Part shown: one piece after another, positions 26,821 to 37,694 of the stretch
Numbering within the stretch: position 1 is the stretch's first letter
Layout of the letters: the number at the start of each line of letters is the position of its first letter
Assembly: GCA_964016885.1 (NCBI GenBank)
Contig: OZ024740.1
Coordinates: 62,992,001 to 63,056,000 of the forward strand
Reading direction: 5' to 3'
Length of the DNA stretch: 64,000 nucleotides
Source of the DNA: Eledone cirrhosa
Taxonomy: Eukaryota
Made by a program: the position numbers and the translations under genes
The notes under the pieces: generated by a model
The model's input: only the letters and a program-made list of their open reading frames with translations
What the model was told of the DNA's origin: nothing
The model's database searches: none

Positions 26821-27551
26821 AGCATTAGTATGCATATAAATACACACATGTATACATATGTACATGTACTCAGCTTTTCAGACTAGCTGACACTCACTGT
26901 AAAGTGTCTAGTGAAAAGCTGAGTACATGTACATATGTATACATGTGTGTATTTATATGCATACTAATACTTCCGTATACATATGTAGATGTACACTTTA
27001 ACTTAATTGTTTAAGAGTCAGTCATACAAAAGTGAGTTAGAAGCGAAACGAAATTTAATTTCGTTTCGTTATTTGTTTTTATCGTTTCCGCTGAACCGGT
27101 GCGTACAATGACTCACGTTCTATGCAAATTAGTCTACCCACTACTAATTTTCATAGAAAAAGCATATAACGATATGTGCTTTTACAATTCTCCAGAGAAG
27201 CCGGAAGATGGGTAAATATTGCTGATGAGATGTAATAACATCGAAACTAGTCCAATATTCCTGTCTGGCCCTCTGGAGAATAGAGGAAATGTGTTTCCTT
27301 GAAAACTCGTATGACTCTAAAACCCGGTCCGCCTGTGTGGTTACATACAGACTAGCTGACACTCACTGTAAAGTGTCTAGTGAAAAGCTGAGTACATGTA
27401 CATATGTATACATGTGTGTATTTATATGCATACTAATACTTCCGTATACATATGTAGATGTACACTTTAACTTAATTGTTTAAGCGTCAGTCATACAAAA
27501 GTGAGTTAGAAGCGAAACGAAATTTAATTTCGTTTCGTTATTTGTTTTTAT
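26821..27551 (+). mobile_element. Retrozyme-like partial tandem repeat (469-bp period) with inverted 5' segment
   Basis: GACTAGCTGACACTCAC at 26881 and 27350; 26821-26880 is the reverse complement of 26912-26971; homologous to 736-1641 and 51468-52240. Confidence 0.85.
27215..27259 (+). ncRNA. Minimal type-I hammerhead ribozyme
   Basis: aatattg-CTGATGA-gatgt aata acatc-GAAA-ctag-TC-caatatt; all stems perfect; GUC cleavage after 27252. Confidence 0.92.
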
Positions 27552-28779
27552 ATATATATATATATATATGAAACTATTCGGAGTGGCTTGATTCGCCCCA
27601 GGGGCCCGGCGCGCAGCCGTTTTTTTGACCGCCATGTAGTACCTTTAAATTACAGATCAAATCAGAACTATTAGATATATCACGCCTCCATCTACTTAAG
27701 CAAATCCCCCCCCCCCCCTGGGTAAAGGAATAGTACTGGTTTTGTACAAGAATGGCCTAACGATGCGGGCTGAATTCCTGCTGGCGCACCAGAAGCCTGT
27801 TATACATTCCTAGAGTGCTTGGAAAAATCGATTTTCATATCTTTCGCTAGCCGATATCACTCGGAGTGATAGGCTGCCCAAGCTTGTAGTCGCCGCATGC
27901 TGTTTGACGGCTAAACAAAGACATAATCTTTACTCTATAATAAAATTTAAGTGTCTTCATAAAAGACTCTCTATTTGCTTAAACCTCGCAACCTTAAAAA
28001 TGTTAAATTGTTTAACTTTAAATTTTCTAATTTCTCTAATTTTATAATGTTAATATTAAATATTAATTTTTTAACTTCATCCTATAAGTCTAAACATAAA
28101 TGTAACGTTCCAATCTTCTGCTCACACATTATAACACACTGACCCCCAGTATATTTAAATAAAAGAAACATATATTTACCTCTGCTAAGATACGAGTCCC
28201 TTTGAAAATATTTTTTTCGCGCCATTCCTGGCCTGACTGTAGTCTGACATTAATATCGATCTTTCTTTCTATCTTCCTTCTTGTAGCCATCAACCCTGAC
28301 TTTTCTTCTTCCTTTTCTTCCTTCCCTTCTCCCTTCTTTCTGTCTTTCTCCTTGTAGCATGATATTAACGCTGACTTATCTTCCTTCCCCTTTTTGTTTG
28401 CCTATATTTGACTGGTAATAGTTAAGATACGGGTCCCTTAGAATAAACATTTTTTTCGCGACATTCCTGGCCTGACTTTAATACCGACCTTTCCTCCTCT
28501 TTCTTTCTGTCTTTCTTCTTATAGCTGACATTAACCCTGGCTTCTCTTCTTCTTCCTTCCCCCTTCTTCTCTCTTCTTTCTTTCTTTCTTTTTTCTTCTG
28601 GCATGATATTAACGCTTTCTGTTTTCCTTTATTTGACCGGTAGTAGCACACTGTAAGATTTAGCAACGTCACTCGAGGGCGACCGGCAAAGGTAGAAGAT
28701 GCTGGATGGCGGTCGCCCTTGGGTCTTTGATTTTCAGCCCCATGGAATTTATCTATTACATTCACTTATTATATTTCGA

Positions 28780-28837
28780 ATACCTGATGATATCACCGGA
28801 TTCATACGGAACCCGGTCATTGAAATGATCATAGTAT
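28780..28837 (+). ncRNA. Type-I hammerhead ribozyme
   Basis: atac-CTGATGA-tatcaccgg..ccggtcatt-GAAA-tgatca-TA-gtat; palindromic ATGATCAT stem III. Confidence 0.82.
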
Positions 28838-29028
28838 AATAAACCTTTCAAGGATTTACACAAGTCCAGCCTCCTTTTCACTTCATTATAATATTAAACT
28901 CCGTACTAGCACCACCAACTACAAAAACAAAGACGGTTGAACTGCTTTACCTTGGGTACTCTCCATATTATTACATTGAGATTGACCATACGGAATTGAC
29001 CAGCTGTATCCAGTGGTGAACCTCAAAC

Positions 29029-29296
<268 letters not shown>

Positions 29297-29299
29297 TTA

Positions 29300-29400
29300 T
29301 AGAAGGAGCTTCTACAGGACTAGTACTGTTTCATTCAGATGAAGTTTCCTGAAGATTTCATCTGAATGAAACAGTACTAGTCCTGTAGAAGCTCCTTCTA
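29300..29400 (+). ncRNA. 101-bp fold-back containing an HHR (29344-29392)
   Basis: 44-bp perfect arms; gtttc-CTGAAGA-tttcatctgaat-GAAA-cag tactagtc ctg-TA-gaagc. Confidence 0.8.
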
Positions 29401-29412
29401 TAATATAAAAAA

Positions 29413-29549
29413 AAATCCCGCCGAGGTTAACTTTGCCTTTCATTCTTACGGGGTCGATAAAATAAAGTACCGGTCATGCACTGCGGTTGATTTAATGGAC
29501 TTTCCCATCCCCCAAAATTGCTGGCCTTGTGCCTAAAGTAGAAACCATT
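29413..29549 (+). mobile_element. SINE copy (5'-truncated)
   Basis: AAATCCCGCCGAGGTTAACTTTGCCTTTCATTCTTACGGGGTCGATAAAATAAAGTACC. Confidence 0.82.
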
Positions 29550-29930
29550 ATTATAGGTACTAGACTACTCGTGACCCGTTGGGTCACCAATATTTCAAAG
29601 TACCCGAAAAAACCGCATATCTCAGGATACCGTGGTCCGATTTACGTGAAACTTCTCTTTTCGCAGTATTATTCACAAGTATTTTCACAAAGAAAATATC
29701 AAGCCATTTTTCACTAATAGCTCCCCTTTCACTCCACATCAAATTCTTTTTTCCGTATCTCTTTCGATGTTTGACTGTTTGTTCTGAAAGATTTTTCTGC
29801 TTAAAAAGTTGCAAAGTTAATGAAAGACTGGTTTTATTTACAAAAATTTGAAAGAAATTATTCTTACTTGTTAACTTTAATTATGCTTTCATTTTCTGAC
29901 GTTAGAATTAATATTTTCTCATATTTATGT

Positions 29931-31216
29931 TTACAGTTTGTTCAAAAGAATGCTTTTGATAACAACATTCTTAGTCGACTGGGTGTCTTTCAGAAACACT
30001 CGGACATTTTCTTTTCGTTTTCCGCGGGTAAGGGCAACATAGAGTTGACCGTGTTGGAATACAGGTCGTTCCAGATAAACTAACACATTTTCCATAGTTT
30101 GTCCTTGTGCTTTATGAATAGTCATAGCGACGCACGATTGAACTGGGAATTGGCTTCGCTGCAAAGGGATATCCTCACCTTCGGATAGATTAATTCTTAT
30201 TCTAGGTATCATAACAATCTCATTTCTGAAAGCAGCAGTGTTGATTCTTGCTACTATGAGATGTCGTGCAGTTCTTCCACGATCATGCGCGTTCCATTAC
30301 AAAGCCTTGGAGGATTCAAGTTTCTCATTAGAATTATTGGTGATCCTATTTTCAATTCCAGGTTATGTGGTGGCAGTCCTGATAGTTCAACCGAATCAAG
30401 GAATTCAGTTGGGAAATAAGTGGCATTGGCACCATCACTCACAGAATTATAGGATCGGTACTCTTTTATGGTTCCAGGGAAGCGTCTGATACAGGTGGAA
30501 TTGATGCTTCTCATCATTTCATTGAGAGGTACTAAGATGCAATTGTTCGAAAACATTTCAGTTGGATTGTCGAATGAGGGGTAGATGAAATCAATGCATT
30601 CTTCCATAGTTGTTGCTTGGAGAATCATTTCTTTTGGAAAAATAATTTCCGCATTTTCATTTTTTGGGATCTTATCTTCTCCAATATCCAATAGGAACTC
30701 TGAATAGTCTCCTGCTCCCCCACACAATCGCATGTTTGTCTTCAAATGAAATTTTTTAAAGCTTCGCCATAAGTAGGATTTTTTAATGCAGGCATTTTCC
30801 ACATCTGCTTCATTTCCTCTTTTCACTACCGGAAGAAGCTGACGGAAATCTCCACAGCAAATTGTCAAAATTCCACCGAATGCCTCATTGTTGTCGCATA
30901 TGTCACGCAGAGTAAGGTCAACAGCTTCGAAGCTTTCCCTCCGAATCATAGGACACTCGTCCCAAACAATCAGCCTTGTATGCTGGAATAGGTTTGTCGT
31001 CTTTGAGTTTTTATCAATGTTGCACAGACCATTTTCTTTCACTGCTATTGGTATTTTGAACCTAGAATGCGCCGTTTTTCCACCAGACATCAGTGTTGCC
31101 GCAATGCCAGATGACGCAACAGCAATAGCCACATCGCCGTTTCCCCTAACTTTTGAAAGGATTAAGTTAAGCAAGAATGTCTTTCCTGTTCCACCTGGAG
31201 CGTCAATGAAAATCAA
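29931..31216 (-). CDS. Helitron Pif1-like SF1B helicase segment (split into ORFs 30254-31216 and 29931-30212)
   Basis: DAPGGTGKT; IVWDECPM; GDFRQLLPV; MRNLNP.RLCNGTR; TIHKAQGQT; HGQLYVALTR. Confidence 0.93.
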
Positions 31217-33119
31217 TGCAAATGTTCCTCTCTAAACTGTTACAAATGAAGTCGTACACATGTTTTTGGTCACTATTCAATAAAGGTTCCCTTTCTTCTA
31301 CAAATTGTCGCTGTTCTTCTTTGTTGTATTGCAATTCATGCAATAACTCCAAATTGCCAATATCCTGATTAGCGACAATATTATTTGGCATTGGCAAGTT
31401 AAAGTCACTAAGACTTTTGCCCAGGTTGTTAAGTTTGTCTTCAAAATACAGAAGACATTGTTCATAATGTCTCTCGCTAATCAAAAATTTAGAGTTTCTT
31501 GTAGCTCTTTTTTCTATCTGAAGGTAATCCTCAGACAGCGAATTCTTAAATCGAGCCCATAAAGCATTGGAATTGTCAATTTCCGTATTTGTGAGGAGCA
31601 CGATGAATAGATCTCTCATGGCTTTGGGAAGCCTTGTTCGCTCAGCATCTTCCAGAGTCTGCTGCCAATGATCATCTGATTGAAGCAAACCTTTCTCTCT
31701 GCAAACGTCTTTGAATAATGGCAGGAGTTCTCCATCACACATTTTCAAAAAGTTGAAAGATACTGGTCCTTTGACGTGATGCAGAAGGAGTCTTAAATAA
31801 TATAGGTCACCACTTCGTGGGGAAACGGTGTACACTCGTCCCAAAACGTTCGCCTCAAAAATTCCTGGATACTGCTCAACTGTTTTCCCCACCTTCCTCC
31901 TTTCCCATCTCTTATTATTCCATGTGTAAAACTTTGGTACGTCGGCATAATACAATGTTTTTGCAAACGGATCGCGAGTGCAAAGATCCATGAACTCAGT
32001 CAGAGTTGTCTTAGCCATGTTATTGTTTACTTTAACAGCAGCATTGACCCGAAAGAAGATTTGATTTTTCTCAGGTAGATGAACTTGAAGGCGAACTACG
32101 GCCGGTTCTCTCTCATGAATTGGAAATCCAAGTACCGAGGCAACAGCTTCTGAAGGACCGATATATCTTCCTGTTAAATACTGTGTTATCTCATCTTCCC
32201 TGTTCACTCCAAACATTGCCTGATCACTGCCCTTCATGGTATATTTTATAACGTATTTGATCGATTTCACGGAAGAGCACATCTCTACGTTTAGGTGGCA
32301 GTTGAACAGTTTTAATAGTTTCATATTGTAGGGAACCACCCATTCTGAAGTTATATTTTGGCTTTCCATTCTTTCTTGGTGCCCTTCAAATCCTCCCATT
32401 TCAGGAGACCGTCTTCTGTACACAGGATAAGAGTCCCCTCCACACAATGTATGTTCAACAAAAGGCTTAGGGTACCGCTTACTGCATGTTCCATCTTTCC
32501 AACACGGTGAATTGTTAGAGCAATTCGGACCATGGATCATGTGCTTCAGCACCAATTTATGACCCTCTGGATCTTTGTTTGGATCTGGTATTTCGGCTTG
32601 AACGAATTTATCATATTCCTGTGGTCTGGGCTTGGTGGCTTCATTGAGCCATAACAAACAGTGCACATGAGGAAGACCTCGCTTTTGATATTCGACTGTC
32701 AGCACGTAATCAATGCAGTTGCCAAATAAGCCATCTACTCCAGTAAGATGCTTTCTGAACAGTTTCCGTTTCAGGTCAAATACTCTGGCAATTAAATCTG
32801 GCCTGTCGTGTGGCTTCTGATTCAGGAATAGGTTTTGCCGGATTTCGGGCCAGTTTGGATTGCATGTCATTGTGATGAACAACGAAGCATCTCCGTACTT
32901 CCGTATGTACATCATGGCATCCTGGCATCGCTCCATCATATATCTCGGTCCACCAACAAATGTAGAATAGAGTATGATTCGTCTGCCGATGTTGCGAAAA
33001 TCGTCATCATCATTCAATGCATCAGTAAGGCCCGTGTATGTTGTAGATCGCAATGATGTTTGATTCATTTGGATGTATCTCAGCCTATCTCCTTGAATCT
33101 TTGCAGCCATGTCAACCAA
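31203..33119 (-). CDS. Helitron Rep (HUH endonuclease) segment, frameshifted relative to its neighbours
   Basis: LFITMTCNPNW; EYQKRGLPHVHCLL (HUH); KYVIKYTMKG (Y2 motif). Confidence 0.93.
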   Translation of the reverse strand: MVDMAAKIQGDRLRYIQMNQTSLRSTTYTGLTDALNDDDDFRNIGRRIILYSTFVGGPRYMMERCQDAMMYIRKYGDASLFITMTCNPNWPEIRQNLFLNQKPHDRPDLIARVFDLKRKLFRKHLTGVDGLFGNCIDYVLTVEYQKRGLPHVHCLLWLNEATKPRPQEYDKFVQAEIPDPNKDPEGHKLVLKHMIHGPNCSNNSPCWKDGTCSKRYPKPFVEHTLCGGDSYPVYRRRSPEMGGFEGHQERMESQNITSEWVVPYNMKLLKLFNCHLNVEMCSSVKSIKYVIKYTMKGSDQAMFGVNREDEITQYLTGRYIGPSEAVASVLGFPIHEREPAVVRLQVHLPEKNQIFFRVNAAVKVNNNMAKTTLTEFMDLCTRDPFAKTLYYADVPKFYTWNNKRWERRKVGKTVEQYPGIFEANVLGRVYTVSPRSGDLYYLRLLLHHVKGPVSFNFLKMCDGELLPLFKDVCREKGLLQSDDHWQQTLEDAERTRLPKAMRDLFIVLLTNTEIDNSNALWARFKNSLSEDYLQIEKRATRNSKFLISERHYEQCLLYFEDKLNNLGKSLSDFNLPMPNNIVANQDIGNLELLHELQYNKEEQRQFVEEREPLLNSDQKHVYDFICNSLERNICIDFH

Positions 33120-33168
33120 ATATTGCTGAAATAAACGACCACCTCTGAGAAGTTGGTTGAATTCATTC

Positions 33169-34635
33169 TCAATGGTTCATTATTCGATAGGCATAGTAGC
33201 GCATCGGTGTCAATTTCTTGATGTTGCTCATTAACAGCTCATGATGCCATCCATCATCGCCAAAAGGAAAAAATAGAACATACTGCAAACTATCATAGGA
33301 CCGATGGGACTCTGAGATTATTTTCAGTTGTCCGCCTTTTTCTTTCAACGCGATGTGCCGTGCTTTTGATTGAAGTTCGGTGCTGTTTTGTATAATAACA
33401 GCAACTTCATTTTCAGTTTGTGCATTGAATCTTCTGTCATGTTTCATTGCTGATCTCCTATCAGGATCAATAATAATCGAAGCTTCAGGAATATTTTTAA
33501 TTTGTTCTTTTGCCAGTTGAAATGACGCAACATAAGGGTTATATTGTCTCAGTATAATTTCTAATAATTCAACTATGTCGCGCTGAATGCCATCGTTATG
33601 GAGTATCCTGATCCTTAAATCAACACTATCCTGAGGATCCAAGAAGTAAATTTGAAGAAATTTGGGTTGTTCATTGGGATTAGGAGTTAAGGAACCGATG
33701 TAATGATGAATTTGACCATGAATAACAATAGAAGGATTCCATCCACTCCTTGAGGAACGAACTTCTTTGGCCCCAAAAGATGTCATTTGGAATAAGCAGT
33801 TGTATTGTCTGAGGTTCTTCCTGAACTCGTTTGCTCTAGGTTGATCTGTACTAAATAAATTTTGAAGTTCTTGGGGTAAAGGCTGCAGATTCCCTAGCCT
33901 GACTTTTCCATTTATACAGCAAAAGTTAGCAGTTTCACCATGAAAAAGCATTGCATGGCAACAGACACAGATCTTATTCATTTGTCCAACATCAGCAGAG
34001 AGGTCACGTCGTTGAACTGTCTTTGCTCTATCCTTCTGTTCCACCAGACGTGCAGCTTTCTGAGCATTCGATTCCTGATCTTTCTTTCTTCTGTTTCTTT
34101 CCCTCTGTTCTGCCAGACGTGCAGCTTTCTGAGCATCCGATTCCTGATCTCTCTTTCTTCTGTTTATTTCCCTCTGTTCCGCCAGACGTGCAGCTCCCCG
34201 AGCCTCCGATTCCTGATCTCTCCTGCTTCTGTCTCTTTCTCCCTGTTCTGCCAGACGTGCAGCTCTCCGAGCCTCCGATTCCTGATCTCTCCTGCTTCTG
34301 TCTCTTTCTCCCTGTTCTGCCAGACGTGCAGCTCTCCGAGCCTCCGATTCCTGATCTCTCCTGCTTCTGTCTCTTTCTCCCTGTTCTGCCAGACGTGCAG
34401 CTCTCCGAGCCTCCGATTCCTGATCTCTCCTGCTTCTGTCTCTTTCTCTCTGTTCCACCAGACGTGCAGCTCTTGCTTTATCAGTCTCATCGATCCTTCT
34501 CTTCGCATGCCTGTCCTGGTCTTGTTGTTGGCATTGACCACTATCTTGCTCACCTTCTTCGGCTTTCCTTAGCCGCACTCTCTTCCCATTATCTGTAGTC
34601 GAACCAGATGTTTTCTTTCTTCCTCGTTGAGGCAT
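33169..34635 (-). CDS. Helitron RepHel N-terminal segment (STPR-like 23-aa repeats, Cys-rich Zn finger)
   Basis: Seven 69-bp repeats (RRDQESEARRAARLAEQGERDRS); C..C.A.LF.GE...CC..GKV; R.YN..F.MTSFG; YD.LQY.LFFP.G..GW. Confidence 0.9.
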   Translation of the reverse strand: MPQRGRKKTSGSTTDNGKRVRLRKAEEGEQDSGQCQQQDQDRHAKRRIDETDKARAARLVEQRERDRSRRDQESEARRAARLAEQGERDRSRRDQESEARRAARLAEQGERDRSRRDQESEARRAARLAEQGERDRSRRDQESEARGAARLAEQREINRRKRDQESDAQKAARLAEQRERNRRKKDQESNAQKAARLVEQKDRAKTVQRRDLSADVGQMNKICVCCHAMLFHGETANFCCINGKVRLGNLQPLPQELQNLFSTDQPRANEFRKNLRQYNCLFQMTSFGAKEVRSSRSGWNPSIVIHGQIHHYIGSLTPNPNEQPKFLQIYFLDPQDSVDLRIRILHNDGIQRDIVELLEIILRQYNPYVASFQLAKEQIKNIPEASIIIDPDRRSAMKHDRRFNAQTENEVAVIIQNSTELQSKARHIALKEKGGQLKIISESHRSYDSLQYVLFFPFGDDGWHHELLMSNIKKLTPMRYYAYRIMNH

Positions 34636-35389
34636 GATTTAAGAATAGAAAATCGTATTCACCTGACAAAAATTTCTTATTACCTCAAAAATTATTTTTC
34701 TTAAATTATCAATTTAAAATATTTCTAAATAATGAAAATATTGTCTGTTTAAAGAAAGCTAAATATAAATATTTACTCTACAAACGATTCGTATTTTTCA
34801 AATCACATTCACTTATAAAATACTTTTTGATAATTAAAAAAAAAAATTAGCGTATTCACTTGTAAATAGTTTTAAAAACAATTAAAATATTATCTGTGCA
34901 AAGAAGGCTAAAATATAAACACTTAGAGTGTGAACAACTTTTGGAAATCACATTCACTTAAAAATATTTCTAAATAATTAAAATATTTTGTTTAACAAAA
35001 GCAAAAATATTTACTGTAAAAGCAACTCGTATTTTTCAGTCATATTCACTGAACAGTTTTAATTTTAATAATTACAATATCGTCTGTTTAGTGAAAGCTG
35101 AAATATAGATACTTAAAAGTACAAAGAAGTTGTAATGTTGAAATCATATTCACTGAGAAATCACTGAAATTGGTGTATGTAATGATTATGAAAAATATTT
35201 TTTGCATAATGAAAATATTTATTTAATATTTACGCCAAAATTGTTTTATCCCCTTTGTATTCCAATTACGGAATATTTTCCCATTATGCACCGTTTTGGC
35301 TATTTACGAAGGTAGAGATAGAGTGTGCAAGCAAACAAACAAACAATCAAGATCAAAGTTGGGTCACCGATATTTCAAAGTACCCGAGA

Positions 35390-36270
35390 AATATATATAT
35401 TGCCTGTACAGATAATCAAAGTGTGTATACATTTTTCGGGGACATCATATATATATATATATACCGGGGTCCCTAAAAATGTATACACTATTCTAATATA
35501 TATATTGCCCGTACAGGTAATCAAAGTGTGTATACATTTTTCAGGGACACCATATATATATATACCGGGGTCCCTAAAAATGTATACACCATTCTAATAT
35601 ATATATTGCCTGTACAGATAATCAAAGTGTGTATACATTTTTCGGGGACACCATATATATATATACCTGGGTCCTGAAAAATGTATACACCATTCTAATA
35701 TATATATTGGTTGTACAGAAAATCAAAGTGTGTATACATTTTTCCGGGACACCATATATTTATATATATATACTGGGGTCCCTAAAAATGTATACACCAT
35801 TCTAATATATATATTGGCTGTACAGGTAATCAAAGTGTGTATACATTTTTCGGGGACATCATATATATATACCGGGGTCCCTAAAAATGTATACACCATT
35901 CTAATATATATATTGCCTGTACAGGTAATCAAAGTGTGTATACATTTTTCGGGGACACCATATATATATATATATACCGGGGTCCCTAAAAATGTATACA
36001 CCATTCTAATATATATATTGCCTGTACAGGTAATCAAAGTGTGTATACATTTTTCGGGGACACCATATATATATATACCGGGGTCCCTAAAAATGTATAC
36101 ACCATTCTAATATATATATTGGCTGTACAGGTAATCAAAGTGTGTATACATTTTTCGGGGACACCATATATATATATACCGGGGTCCCTAAAATGTATAC
36201 ACCATCCTAACAAATAATGCATGTATAGGCAATCAAAGTGGGTATACATTTTTTGGGGGACAACCTGTAT
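35390..36270. repeat. Minisatellite of 8.5 units (99-107 bp), each a MITE-like inverted-repeat unit separated by (TA)n
   Basis: CCGGGGTCCCTAAAAATGTATACAC (or close variant) starts at 35464, 35565, 35666, 35773, 35872, 35977, 36078 and 36179. Confidence 0.92.
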
Positions 36271-36416
36271 ATACACAAATATGAACATATATATAAAGAG
36301 AAAGTGTGTGCAAGCAAGCAAGCAGACATCGAGATCAGAGTTCTAGTAGTATATAGATTGCTTCAGTTTTCATAATCGACATTCGTGTTATTTCCACCCC
36401 CAAATATTTATAAGTA

Positions 36417-36458
36417 CACCACCACCACCACCACCACCACCACCACCACCACCACCAC

Positions 36459-36495
<37 letters not shown>

Positions 36496-36522
36496 GCCGC
36501 CACCGCCACCGCCACCGCCGCC

Positions 36523-36561
<39 letters not shown>

Positions 36562-36650
36562 GCCGCCACCACCACCTCCTCCTCCTCCTCCTCCTCCTCC
36601 TCCTCCTCCTCCTCCTTCTTCTTCTTCTTCTTCTTCTTCTTCTTCTTCTT
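36417..36650. repeat. Compound trinucleotide microsatellite (CCA)n-(CCG/CCA)n-(CCT)n-(CTT)n
   Basis: Read directly from the sequence. Confidence 0.95.
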
Positions 36651-36786
36651 TGAACATTATACATGAAACCTTATAACAATGTTAAAGAAGGAAAGGTGAA
36701 ACTATATATAATGAGCTATGCGTTTGGATTCTGAAGATCCCGTTAAGGATGAAAGCAGCGATTCTTTGCTTAAACTTATTCTGTTA

Positions 36787-36825
<39 letters not shown>

Positions 36826-36829
<4 letters not shown>

Positions 36830-37326
36830 CAAACAGGGTGTGGTAAGATACCAGGTGGACCATAACGCATCAGAATACTTAGTAATATGAAAAGATTCAG
36901 GACCTCGACGGCCGAATTGCGGCCATTTCGACAGCTAGCTCCAAACTATGCCACCAGTATTAGAGCGGCGGGAATCTAGCTGAACTCATCCAGGGGTACA
37001 GTCCATATATGGGTATGCAGTCAAAGCAAAAAAAGCAAAAGAATCTATGCAAAATCTATGCAAAAATGCTTAAAAGTTAGTTGTTTTTCTTGTCTGTCAC
37101 GAGGGGTGGTCAATGATCTGGGATGTCATGTACATAGTTTATAACCTGTTAAGAATTTCTGCTTAGATGTTTTGCTTTCTTTGCTTTGACTGCATGCCCA
37201 TATAGGGACTGTACCCCTTCATAAGTTCAGCTAGATTCCCACCGCTCTAATACTGCTGGCGTAGTTCGGATCTAGATGTTGAAACGGCCGTAGCTTAGCC
37301 GTCAGGGTCCTGCATCTTTTCATTTA
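36826..37326. mobile_element. Diverged fold-back PLE end with degenerate long-stem-II HHRs on both arms
   Basis: ~36885-37040 vs ~37170-37325 inverted; accc-(core)-gttcagctag..GAAACGGCC..GCCGTC; related to 3195 and 15402. Confidence 0.7.
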
Positions 37327-37502
37327 TATATATATATACAGGGAGTGTCGTTACTACATCAGAGGTCAGACGAGTCGGGCCAGATCGATACAGATCGAAC
37401 CTTAAGCTGATCAATAGCGAAACGCACGTCACCAATCAATAAACGTAATGAAGGCTTAACCGATCGTCCTTGTATTATTATTACTATTATTATTATTCTT
37501 TG

Positions 37503-37690
37503 TGGGCGGTGAATTTGCAGTATCGGTAGAGGGTCGGACGCCATGCGTTCCAGCATAGTTACGTCCCTTTACGGTCTGAGTTCAAATCCCGTCGAGGTTA
37601 ACTTTGCCTTTCATCCTTACGGGGTCGATAAAATAAAGTACCAGTAATGTACTGGGTAATTGCTGGCCTTGTGCCAAAAAGTAGAAACAA
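37503..37690 (+). mobile_element. Near full-length tRNA-derived SINE
   Basis: TTGCAGTATCGGTAGAG (A-box), GAGTTCAAATCCC (B-box), Nin-like core, (TTA)n flanks. Confidence 0.88.
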
Positions 37691-37694
37691 TTAT

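Larger units (their letters stand above)
29560..36357 (-). mobile_element. Helitron (rolling-circle transposon), composite, 6798 bp
   Basis: Minus strand: A|TCTATATACTA at 36357; 3' hairpin GTGACCC-aac-GGGTCAC (29571-29587) then CTAG|T at 29560; RepHel ORFs inside. Confidence 0.9.

Noticed and set aside
33940-34598. 210- and 215-aa plus-strand ORFs
   Set aside because: Antisense shadows of the 69-bp coding repeat in the Helitron ORF
35390-36270. Regularly spaced palindromic repeats resembling a CRISPR array
   Set aside because: Inter-repeat sequences are near-identical rather than unique spacers; no cas genes; eukaryotic context
36335-36666. Poly-Arg, poly-Gly and poly-Ala/Thr ORFs
   Set aside because: Trinucleotide microsatellite translations
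37503-37600. Possible tRNA gene (A and B boxes)
   Set aside because: No cloverleaf; it is the head of a multi-copy SINE
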